This document shows, piece after piece, positions 38,780 through 50,700 of a stretch of DNA of 64,000 bases (positions are counted from its first letter, which is position 1; each line of letters opens with the position of its first letter). The notes below the pieces were generated by a model, which worked only from the letters and a program-made list of their open reading frames with translations, was not told where the DNA came from and made no database searches. Made by a program: the position numbers and the translations under genes. Source of the DNA: Raillietiella orientalis (taxonomy: Eukaryota); the NCBI GenBank assembly GCA_036172245.1, contig JAYWIR010000005.1:5704001-5768000 (forward strand), read 5' to 3'.

Positions 38780-41700
38780 ACTGTCTTCGCTTGCTGGATC
38801 TATTCTTAGCTTGCGTCTCTCGGAAACCAAGCCGATCGAGAGCACAAGAGCCACGCTTCAGGATGCACCCAGGAGCACGCTACCACAGCCCGAACGAGGG
38901 GGACGGCGACCCACGGTGGATGCACGTCTGCTCATCAGAATCGGAACCTGCTTCTGATGACCCGTGGAAGCCTGCTGACGCGCCAGGAAAGCAAATTTGC
39001 AACTGCAGCGCCGCTCCAGCGCCGCGCGACTTCGATGGTGTCCTCGGAGGTCGGCTGGCTGCGTGCGTCCGCATCGTCGACAGACGGGAAGTTGGCGACC
39101 GAACTAATGGATTTATTGCGAATCTCCACGACGGAGAGAAGCTCTCAGGAGATCGCGGGAGAAAGGAGGAAAGGCCAGCTTTTAATCGATCGCCGTTTAA
39201 TGAACGATTAGATTCCGCTCGGGTCGAAGTGTCTGCATCCAACCAGCTTTCATTATGTGGTCATCACGAACGTGTTCCCCGGGGTAATTGCGATGTTTCA
39301 CGCTTCGAATTCTCATTAAGGCTGCGATGCACCCAGACGGGCAGACGAATCGATGAACCCAGGGGCGATCGCTTCGGAACTTCGCCGGCCCTGATGCTGC
39401 ACCGGAAGTCGAATTCCCACGATGGACCAGTCGGCATCCAATTCCGACTTGAACAATGCCTCTCGAAGAACTCGGCGACTCTCCAAGTGGCCTTCCTCAC
39501 CTTCGGACGGCGGCCGGTCCCCTGAGCAGTCAGCTTTTTCTATTCGGAGTTTCTGTCGCCCCTGGGCGTGGCGCGGGAGCACCTGACCTGCACCCCGCTT
39601 CACGGGTTGGCGCGGGCTGTGGGAATTCTTGAACGCAGCCTCCTGGACCGACCGCGCCACGGGATTCCTCCTCGAAAGTGGGAGATGGCGGCGTCCCCAC
39701 GTCACCGGCACGCTCAGAGACGGAAGGGCTCAGTGGCACTGGCCGGGGGGGGGGGGACAGCTGCGCCCGCCGAATGGAAAGCGATGAAGTGCGGCTCGGG
39801 CAATCATGAACGAGGAGGGAAAAGGGGAAAAGGAAATCACCAATGAAGAAGGGATTCATGGATGGGAGGGGGAGGGAAGGGGGGAGGGGAAGTAGCGCGA
39901 CACTCTCTCGAACACTCTTCAGTGTCCCGAGCTGTCACGGCCGTCACGGTCCTGCAGCGCTATGCCGGGAAGGATCAGAAGGCAGAGGGAGATAAGTGTT
40001 CCTGTCCTGCTTCTTGTCATCAACGGGCCGTCCTCGGAAACGAAGGCAGGCACGGGGAGGCATCTCCTGTGGGTTCCGATTTCGGAAAGCTCTGGAAGAG
40101 GAACGCAGCTCCTGTCCAGGGCGCGATGATCCTTTTAGACGCTCCCGCCCACGGATTCCTTTTTAGTATTGCGATGATCCTTGAGGGCAACAGGGTGGGT
40201 GGGTCGAGTGCGGGAGGGGGGACAGTCCGCGCAAGTACAGTTGGCGCGAAAAACCTCCGAGGAGCCACCTGTCCCGTCGATGCCTCCGACAGCGATGCTC
40301 GTGGGAATCTGGAAAGGAAGCGGAAGAGTGGGAAGAGTCGCGTGGCTGTCCGAAGGGGCCGCTTCCGGGTCGGAAGCGAAGTGCAAAGGGAGGCTATCCC
40401 AAGAGAGGTTTTCTCTCGGAGGCATTTGGAAGACGAAGTGGCGGGGTGTGAACGGGAAAGTCAAGGAGAGGAGCTTGGGGATGCTGCAGGGGGGAAGAGG
40501 AAGAGGAAAAGCAAAAGGAGGAGACTCCCGAAGGATGAAGAGGAGGAGAGCAGACTGGAAGTTTCGAGGCTGGAACGGAGATCGAGTTGGCCGGAGTCCC
40601 AGCCGCCCCCTCTCCCCTCCCCCTCTCTCGAATAGTCGCCACCCGGAGCGCGTCTTTCGAGTGACCGCGACAGAGGCTCTCGAGGCGCAATGGAAGAAGG
40701 GGAATGGGTGTGGGGCGGGCAGAGGCTGAACTGGGGAGCCGCGCAAAGCGTCAACTCCTTCCCGCGGAGCAGGTCGAGTGGCCGTCCGGTATGGGGACCG
40801 ACCCTTCCGTGGAAAAAGGGCTGTCCTCCCGCGGGGGCGAAGAGGAGGGGGAAGAGGGGGGGAGGGAGGAAGGACTTCTGCGCGACCGGTCGAGCCCGCC
40901 TGCCATCAGGAGGTTCGCAACAAATCATCGCTTCAATTCGCGCCAGGAGGCACCGAGGTGGCTGGAAGGCAATTCCCAGGCTGCAGCGCTCGCTCGCCGC
41001 AGAGACTGCGGGCCGTCTCGAGGTACTGCGAGCGTCCGGCAGAGGGCAGTGCGAAGCCGCCTCGTCGGCTGGGCGGATCGGGGCTCTACCGAACATGCAG
41101 CTGCTCCTAATTAAAATGTTATCGGGGAGAGGAGGAGGAGGAGGAATCGAGGCGCGGCGACATCTCTTCGGACGGACGTGTGTGCACCCTCCTTTCAGTG
41201 ACCGAGTGTTCATAATTCATCCCGGAACATTTTTGCTGATTGTATCGAGGAACGTGTCATTCAAGAATTAATTAGGCGGTGGCTCCTCCGCAGGAAAACA
41301 TCCTCTCAGCCGGGGATCTGGAATTCGCCACCTCCTTCTCTCCCGCCCCCGCCTCGTTTCTTTTTCCCTTCTTTTTTTTTTTTTCCTCTTTTTTTCTTTT
41401 CTCCCTCCAGCCCGCGATCGACTTATCTCTGCCTCATCTTCGGAGTCAGCCTGCTGCTCCTCGGACGCCGTCTTTACACGAGTTCGGACATCTGATGACC
41501 AACCGGACCGTCTCCCTTCGGCTCTCCGCCTCTCGATATCGCAGGAATGTGTGATCGCGCGCTGGAAGAGGGTCTTCTGCCTGCATCCTGGCTGATGGAT
41601 GTGGACAGGAGACGTCCGCCCTGGAAACGCCGCGCGACCGGGGAAGAAGAGGGGCTGCCTCTCGGGGAAAGCGCGCGAGAGGAGGAGGGGGGGAGAGGGA

Positions 41701-44700
41701 AAGGGAGAGGAAGGAAAGGGAAAGATCCAGCCTGCGCCCTCGCTCCCTGCGGGAGCCGCCGTCGGGGGATTCGGTTCGGCGACGGGCTCCCTGCTGCCCC
41801 GGGACGGAAGGAGAGGGAAGAGGAGGGAAGATTCGACCCTGCATCGCCGGCATCCCGCGACCGGGCTCAACGCGCGCCAGCGAAACGGGATAGCCTTCCG
41901 GTAGTGGCCGGAGCAAGGAGGGCGGCAGTTCTTCGCTACCGTCCCGGCAAGGCAGCCGGCCGGGGTCCGCTCGCGAACCCCTGGGGAGCGAAAAGCGAAG
42001 GAGGAAGGGAAAGAGAGAACAGAAAAAGTTGCTTCTCTTCCCGTCCTCTCCCTCCCCCCCCCCTTTCTTCCGTGCTCCGAGAGATCGTGGAGACGACGAC
42101 GCATGCGCGGGTTATCCTCTCCTCGCAGTGGTGCACGGAGCTCCTCGCAGGAGATCGGACGGCGGGCGCCCGGCAGGGCGGGAGGGTTCATAAGAGGACC
42201 GCAGCCAGCCTCTCGGCCCAGGGAAGCCATTTTTCTCGGACCGTCCGAGGTTAATTTACGGGCCGTGTCAACTCTTCTTAATGAGATGTTGCTTAACGCA
42301 TTTGATGTCTTCCTCGGCACAAACAAATTCTTTTCTTCCTTGTAAATAGCCGTCGCTGAATAATTGGTGGCTCGGCGTTGCTGGCGGGACCGGGCGGGGA
42401 GGCTGCCGCCGCGGCGCGCTCGGGGACGGAGGCGCTCCGCGGACATGAATCTTCCTTTAATCTCCGCGCACGCTGCCATTAATGGAGCCGAATCGTTCCG
42501 AATAAATCTTCAGTCCATCCCGAGGGAGGCGGCAGCTCGTGATCGATGGCCACGGGACGCCGGACCGGGAGCGACGCCAGTCGCCGGGATCCAGGGAGGC
42601 GATCCGCCCCGCCTGCTCGTTGCTGGACGTTCCCGTCGGTCGTGCGCGGAGGGACCCCTCTCTCGATGGGATCCTCTGCCGGGGATCGCTCTCCTTCCCC
42701 GCCTCTTCGAGGGAACCCCCTCTCTCCCTCCTCCTCCCTTCCGCCTCCGCCGCCTGCTGACGGGTCCCATTCGCGCCCAGCAAGGTGCCCGCCCTCCTCG
42801 CCTTCCTCCGAAGGACCTCGGAGGGGGATTTTGGGCAGCCTGAGGGGTCGGTTTGCCTTATTTCGGATGCGGCCGGGAAGGCGCCGCCATTGGCTGGAAG
42901 AACCGCGTCGGAACTCGGGCAGCAGCCTCCTCTTCGGCTGGGCTTCGGGACAGCGCCGTTCCTCTCGGGAGCCTCTAGCTGCTGCCGCTGCTGCTCCGCG
43001 GGAAAGTGACCCGGGCGCTCTCGCGGGCGGACGAGGAAAGGAGGGGGGAGGCGGATAAATCACGCGTCCGACGACCGCCAACCGAATTGTCCGGATGCGC
43101 GCTTCTTGTTTAATCACATCTCGTTGTCATGGAGCGGGCAGGTGAGTCTCAGAACGGAAATAAATCGCCCTCCGAGAAGGATTACTTAACGATGACAGGT
43201 GCGTCTCCACAGCACCGTCGTCCTCCAGTCCGCTTTGCAAAGGGCGCATGCGTTCCTCCTCCGATTTTGCGGAATCGGCTCGCGCATGCTCCGTGTTCGC
43301 AGGTGGAAGAAGGCGAGGAGAGAGGGGGGGAAAGGGAGGGGAAAAAAAAAAGGGAGACGGAGGAGGAGTGCAAGGAGAACCAAAAGCAAGAAAAGGAAAA
43401 AAAGGAAGAAAAGAAAAAGAAAAAAAAAACGCGAGCGTGCGCGCCTGCGCCTGCCACTTTTCTCCCGCGGACGTCTGCCTTTTCTCCTCCTTTCATTGGA
43501 ACGTGACGTTCCGTTAAATTATTTCATCCCCCTCGCTGTCCCTTCATCATGCGCCCAGCGGTTCCCCCGGAGACGTCTGAGTTACGATTATATCTTTTCC
43601 GTTTTCTCTCCGCGCGCACCCGCCGTAAATCAGCGCGCTCCGGTGTCCGTTCCCGGCGCGGAGCGCGCGCGTTCCCCCGCGTCAGGACGGGGAGGAGGAG
43701 GAGGGGAGGAGGGGGAGCCTGCGAGCAGGAAAATGAAAATATCTCGTGGAATGCGGCGGAGTGGGGGCAGGTAGCCCCTCCGCCGCCGCCGTCACCGACG
43801 GGAGTCGCCCGATGAAGACGGCCAATAAGTTACGAGCGTGCGCGCGCGCGCGCGCCCGTCTTCCCCTTCTTCTCCCTCACCTCTCCCCCCCTCTCCTTCC
43901 TCCGTCCACCTTCCCCGCGCCGGGCGCGCGCGCCCGAGAGACGGGAAAACGAGTGGTCCACGCTCGTTTTCCTCGTGCCGAACGGTCTCCATGGACGCCA
44001 GAGGGAAGAGGACGTTTGCGACGGGTAAAAGTGGTATGCAGTACACGGGATTTCTCCGCGAGCGTTCCCGCTCAGTAATAAAAAAAAAAAAAAAAAAACT
44101 TGTCGCGCGCTTCCTTGATTTATGGCGCAGTTGGCCCGGCGGAGACGACCCGGGAGGCTGGCTGCTGCTGCTGCCTCCTCCGTCTCCAGCAGCAGGTGAT
44201 CGTAAATCCGCGGTAACTGTACCTGCGATCCGAGCTCCGTAAATCAACTTCTTCCCGGGGAGACAAACGGAAAAGAGGAAAAGGGAGGAGGAAGAAGAAA
44301 CAACGGGAGAGGCAAGGAGGAGGAGGAGGGATTCCCTGTCTGTTTCCTGCCGTGGTAAACAACAGCAAAGCCTTTCGGACGCCGCGCACACCGTCTCTCC
44401 TCCAGTGCGCCGGGAAATTGCGGGACGGGAGTGATGAAGGCGAGGCGCGCGCGCTCCTCCCCCCTCTCGCGGGGAGAGCAGGAGGACAGCGGAGAAGCTC
44501 CCTCGTGAAAGAGGTCCTCGTAGGCAGTGGTGGGGTTCGAGCGGTCCTTGGGGCCCGCCGAGGAGGAACCTCGTGAGCAGAGCGAACCGCGTCCCGTCCA
44601 GGCTGTGCCCCTCGGCGAAGCCGCTGCGTCATCAGTGACGAAGCTTAGAGTCGAGGAGAGGGAAGAGGAGAGCAGAGGGAAGAGAAACGCGTTGGGAGAG

Positions 44701-47700
44701 AGACTCGTTGTCCGTGAACCCCCGCACCCCAAACGGAGACGTCCGCTCCTTCGTGTGGACGGTTGCCGCAGCAAAGGACCCTGGCGACTTTTCATGATAT
44801 CGGGAATCTCCCGTCTTCCGTGTGCCGCCAATATCCACGCTGACGCTGCGTACCTGTTGCCTTCGTGCCCTCTTCCCCTCCTCCCCCACTCCTTGCTTGG
44901 GTTTCCCCGTTTCCACTCCGTCACTCCTGTGCCGCGCGCAGCGCTGGGAACGCCAGGAACGAGGCGGAGGTGACGACTCGGACGGGTCTCCTCGCCCCAA
45001 GGTCACATCAATCAACCGGAGAAACACCATTGTGTTTAGGGGGTCGCCCTTGCTCCTGCCCTCTCCCGCCGTCACGGGCGGCGGCAGGTTCCCGGGGGAT
45101 GGCGCGATTCCGGCCTGCTCTCGTGAACAGGGAGAGTCCGGGTCCTCCTTTCCCTACCCCCCTTTCCTCCGCCCCCTGCCTTCCTCTTCCTGCCGATCGG
45201 TTACACAACGGCCACGGAAGATCTCGCTTGCGCGGAAGGTCCTCCCTGAATGCTCTCTTCGGCGGGGTAGCCAGAAGGGTCAAGACAGCCGAGTGGTCAG
45301 CCGACACCTCCTGGAGTTCCGGTGGACAAGGCCTCACGAGGATTCCCGACGTCAAGCAGGAGCAGCAGAGGTGCCAGGATGCTCGGGAAGAGGAGAGGAG
45401 TTTGTCCAGTCCGCTTCTCCTCGGTGGCCTCCCGAGCGACCGAAGGAAAAAAAAAAAAAAACCTTCCGGCCCCTTCCCCCTGGTCTCCCAGAAATCCTGC
45501 CTCATTTCCCTCGAAAATTCCTATTGCCTTGCCAGAGGTGAGGCGACTTGCTCCTCACCCGAAATTCGCAGGGTGGTGGGGCGAGGCCCGAAGGCACGCA
45601 CCATAGCAGACTCCATTACTGCTACCAGGGCACCACCATGGTTTTTGGCGGACTCACAGGGGAAACTCCGGCGCCATCTGTCAGAGAGCGAGCTCAGAGT
45701 TCAGAAGAGAATATCCACGAAGGTGCCGCTGGGAAACGTTCTCTCGGAGGTGTGCTGGCGCGCTCCCACACCCATGCTCGAGCTCGCCGTCCCCCTGGAA
45801 GCCACCGTGCGCGTTGGCCGCCCGACGGCTGAGGTAGCAGGGCGTGACCCTCTAGGATTTGCAGCGGTTCCTGCTCCCCCAGTGTGGCAGTGAGAGGGGA
45901 GGGGGCAGTTGAGAAGGATCAGAGAAGAACCCAGAGGTTCCTCCGGAGCCGAGACTGCGAAGACGGGAGACTGCACTCAGGAGTGCCAAGTTCTGCTCCA
46001 GAGAGGAGAAGAAAGGAGTTATCCTATCCTAGGTAGCTGGCAGCATGCTTGCGAGTGCTGATTCGACCCCCGAAGGGGCGGGCCTACGCACGAGGGAAGA
46101 ACGAGAGAGATTAGGTTCAGGTTCCTGTCTTCCCCAGAGGAAGAACAGAAGAGGAACGGAAGAACGGCTCTCTTCGGCGGAGACGAAGAGCAACCGCGAG
46201 GGTTCAGCTGGCGCCGGTCCGACCCCGTCCTCAGGCTCCGTCCGAAAGAAAGAAAACTGCGTCCTTGCGTTCCTCGCAGTTCCTCCTCCCTCCTTCCCTC
46301 TCCCCTCAGTCCTCACGGGATCCTGCGACAGAGTAATTTGCAGCTGGGATACGCGCGCGCGCTTGGGAGCAGGCAGGAAAGGCCACGCGGGGGTTTTCGC
46401 ACTTCCGCGACGACACCGAGCGGCTAACTGTCGGTTTCAGGTTCCTTGTAAACAACAAGGAATCACCTCGAAATAACAGGTTGTCATCCTCGCTTCCCTT
46501 GTACCTATTGAAACGAACGGCGGAAACAACCGGCAACCTGATCATTTAAGCACCCTTGAAAAGGGGAAGCGCTGGAACTGACACCGGGAGGAGAAATTTC
46601 ACAGGGGTGGAGAGCCTGTCTCCTTTTTCTCCACGAGGACGAGATGTCTAAATCAACTCGTAAACACCTGTAACGTCTGTTCCCGCAGTCACCTTTGTGC
46701 TCTTTCGGGATGTAAAGAGGGATGGAATTCATCGGACAAGAAAAGTGGGAAAGGTAATAATAACAAGAGGATGGAAGAAGAAAGGAAAGCGGAGCCGTCC
46801 GTTTCCCTGCCTCGACGTCCTCCCGTTCTTGCTTAATGACCGGTTCACCACTGCGCTGCAAACGTCCACTCCTCTTTCAGAGAAATAACGACTGAAATGA
46901 TGGGACAGTCAGTTCAAAACAAGGAGAAAATTAGATCATCCATCATAGCTGATGACTCAATCGACGGAGCGTGGATTGGGATTCGACAGGTCCCAGACGA
47001 GGGCAATTGTTTTTTCGGTTTCCATGCGCACTGATTACAGACCTCGGGGTGCATGTGATGGATCATACGAGCACGGGCGGCAAGATTGCTGTTGGAATTT
47101 GAAAATTTCCAACACCTCAACATGGGTCGATGGGATGCTGCCCATCTGTCAAAATCTCGAATTTCGTTTCGTCGGTACCCTCAGAAAACAGGAGGGGAAA
47201 AAAAGGAGATGAGGAGGAAGAAAGAAAAGAGGAGGAAACAAAAGCACGCGTAAGAGAAGCGACGCACGCGCACGCAAGCATGACAGTTACTAAGTAGCTT
47301 TTAATGCATCTCGGAGGCCTCGCATCTTTTCGTTCTGATCATCCATCTTGGTTCAGTGCGCCGTGTGGCTGAAGGAAAAGAAAGGGATTCTTCTTAAAGC
47401 ATGGGGAGGACCCGGACACCGAGGCGAAAACACCACTGAAGACGAAAGTGGCAACACTTTCAAGGCCGCGAGGGCCGATGCGTCCTCTTGGGCGCGAGGG
47501 AAAATCCCTCCAAATACACGAGGGGGAAAACACTTCCAAGGACGCAGGTGGGAACTCCTTTCGCAGGCACGGACTGAGACACCTTCCAAGAGAGGGGGCG
47601 AACATCTTCAAAGACACCGAGCGGAAACACTCTTCAAGGGCACCAGCTGAGGTGTCTTTGCAGACACGCGCCCTGTACTCGGCTGGCAACGTCTGGGAGA

Positions 47701-50700
47701 CTACTGCACCTCCCTTCTCGCTGCTCACTTTCAGGTTCACGTTCTTCCACGCCGGTCGAGCCCGGTTGAGGTCGTCACCGTCGTCAGCCATCACCGATCT
47801 CAAAGAACTCTCCAAGAGCGAGGAAGAACAGAATTCGGGGTGGACGGAGGTCTCTCAATCACAATCGATTTTCTGGCTCAGCGGAAGACTCACATCCTCC
47901 TTCCGTGCGCGCCACCCAACCGCCGGCAGAGGAGGGAACTCTCCCGTTGCTCCGCAACGCAAGGTGGTGAGGTGCGTCCGCTGCCACCGGCCAGGTCTGC
48001 TGCTTCTCCCTTCTGTCTCCTGCCTCCTCGGCGCACGCGCGTTCGGGTGCTACACTTTCCCAGATCTTGCCTGAGGGAGGAGACACTCGGCTTCGCCTTG
48101 TTTACACAAAACCTCCGTTTGCCAGAAAACGGAAAAACGCAGAAGCGAGAAAGAGAGGGAGATGGGGAAAAGGAGGAGGAGGGAGAGACATCTCGAGACG
48201 TCTCTCTCTCCTCGGGGGAGCTTCGCCACATCCTGAGAACGATGCAGTCAAGCGCCGAGTGTTTACAGCCAAAACCTGCCGAAATTTTCATTTAGCAGTT
48301 TGCACGTGATTGAGACCGGGGATGGCTGCCGCGCTCCAGGATCTTCTCGAAGAAGAGATCGCGCTGTTTATTTCCTGAGGAAAGCTCCGCTTCCCCGGTG
48401 CACGCGCCAAGGCAGCGGCTTCTCCCTTCCGTGCTCGGCCTGCTATGGAGGCCGCTGTGCGCCCTGAGAAACGCCGCCAGCAACAGAGCGCTCCGGAAGA
48501 GTCGCCGTCTTCCGGATTCATAGCAGTTGGCATTCCCATAAAGGGCGGCAAGGAAATCCGCTCTCCTGCGGACGAGCTTCACGCGTGCCCCTCCCTTCTT
48601 CCTGACCCACACATCCCTTAGTTTCTTGGTTTCAGCAGCCTCGATTGACCTCCGCATCCGAAGAGCGCGTTTGTAGATGCGTGGGCATTCTCCTGCAGCC
48701 ACCCTTCGGGTGGGCTACGCGGGAATGAGACCCCCGTCAACTCTGCTTAGCGCGGATCGCTGGAAAATAAAAAGAACGACCGGAATCAACTATCAGAGCA
48801 TAAAGATCCAAATGCTGGGGGATGCTCACTCCTCTTCAGTCCATCGGTCACCCCTATGACTCCTCTGTCACATGACAAGAATGAGGGGAAGTTGAAAGCT
48901 TCCCCGGAACGTGCGAGGTCTCGGCAGGAAGAATCCATCCCTCATGGGTTGCTGGTCTGCGGTGGCCTGCCTTCTCCGTAAGGGATGGAAGAACGAACCA
49001 GGATCTCATCTCGGAACGCGGGCGGCGTCTCAGAAGACCACGTTTCTCCGTCCAGGATGGGCTTTGGATGGTCAATTCTCCTCCACCCGTGCCCTTCTTC
49101 CGCGGTCGCGGTCGCCCTTTTGAGCTACCTCCCAGCAGCTCACGGCCTGTAGGGAACCACGCCGGCGGCGGCGGCAGGTGAGTCCATCTTCTTCCTCATG
49201 GCCATCTTTCTGGTGCGTGGAGCGAAAAGGCAACCCCACTTGACTGCAGCAGCGAGGGGGACCCTGTCTTCCTCGTGTAAGAAAGGAGAACCAGAAGGAC
49301 AGGTGAAGTTCGGTGCCCTTTCCTTCATTGTTTATCCATCTTTTGTTTATTTACCGCCTGCATTCCCCCCCCCCCCTCTCTCCGTCACTGCGAATCTCTC
49401 TCTCGGACCAATTGGACATCGAACAGCATCCCCCCCACCCTCCTCCGTAGGATTCTAGTTCTCCGCAGGTTTCTTTCCTTCCCTGCTTTTTGTTGAATGA
49501 CATCCCACGGAGCAGCCTTCTCAGCCCGATTATCTCGGGTTCATTCGTTTCAAGCATAAAATAATTTTAGAAAGTTTGGGAACACATAAGGAGGATGAGG
49601 GAAAGATGCACTTCTTCGGCACTCTCTTCGGCTGGATAATGCAGTCGTTCGGTGTGGGGCTCGCTATCGGGGTTCCTTCCCGGTTCTTGGACCTTCATGC
49701 AGCCCGACTTCCCCGTCGTACAGTCGGAAGAAGCATCCCGTTCGGGGTATTCGGGAAGAAGATCGCCGTCGAGGCTGCAACCGGGTTCCTCGTGGCGGAT
49801 ACCGGGTTCCCGGCCCGCAATCTTCATAGCGTCATTCTGCCGGGAACGTTCATGGGTTCTCTCGCCTTCGGGCTCCGAAGGTGCAGGTCGACTTTGAGTT
49901 GGTCAGACTCCTCGGCCTTGTTTCCCAGATTTGACATACGATTTGCGCTCCGGCTGCCCAAGGCCGTCTGGGATTGCTACCAAAGGGCAGAGCTGGCACG
50001 TCTCATCTCAGTCAATGAGCAAGGGTCCGGCATGTACCGGCCGAAACGAATGGGATCAAGTCTCGCTGGGGACCAGACTAAGGGAGAGTGATGGAAGAGG
50101 AAGGACAGTCCACGAATGAATAGGGAGTTAGGTACGTCGGCATCACGGTAATGATCATGAAACCCGAAGTCTTGAATAGGGAGGGGGTGGAAGAGGGGAT
50201 AGGGTGCGTTCACTGTTTTTGAGATAGTCTGATCGCAATTGCTCCTAGAGCCTCCCCCTGTGTTTCCTATCCCTTTTATGGCACTCCTCCCAAGGGCGAT
50301 GCTGCTAGCTGATGGCTCCCTGAAATGACAGTCCCACCCTCTGTCCACTTTGGTGTTCGTTGCTGCTCGCACCTAGCAGGGAATCTCCTGTGGGAAGTCG
50401 ATTGGCGGGCCTGGCACACATCCGCCTGAGCAGGTTCTGGAAAGCATCAGGGAAGCTGAAGTGCCTCCGCTCGCCCTCCGCCGATGCACGCCGCCAAGTA
50501 CGAGGAAGGGAACGCTCAGAAGGGTGCCTGCCATCCCGTAGTGGGCGCGTTCCTCCAGGCGTGGTGGACGCTCCCACTTTTGGAAGTAAGAAGAGGAGTG
50601 GGGGTGGGCGCAGCACACCATGGCAGAACAAAGTGCGTGTAGGGGGGACCCTGTTCCGCTGCAGGCCGTGATTTTCCCCGGCACCCGTCGGAGGCGTTCC

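Noticed and set aside
41268..42479. 403-aa ORF, and similar long ORFs such as 44865-45893, 33628-34500, 50714-51562 and 60290-61123
   Set aside because: Arg/Pro/Gly/Ser-rich, overlapped by ORFs in other frames, some running through homopolymer tracts, and with no domain. This is expected from stop-codon scarcity in GC-rich DNA.
47730..47790. Possible first exon MADDGDDLNRARPAWKNVNLK|GTGAGC on the minus strand
   Set aside because: No recognisable protein and no downstream exon. Cannot be supported without transcript data.
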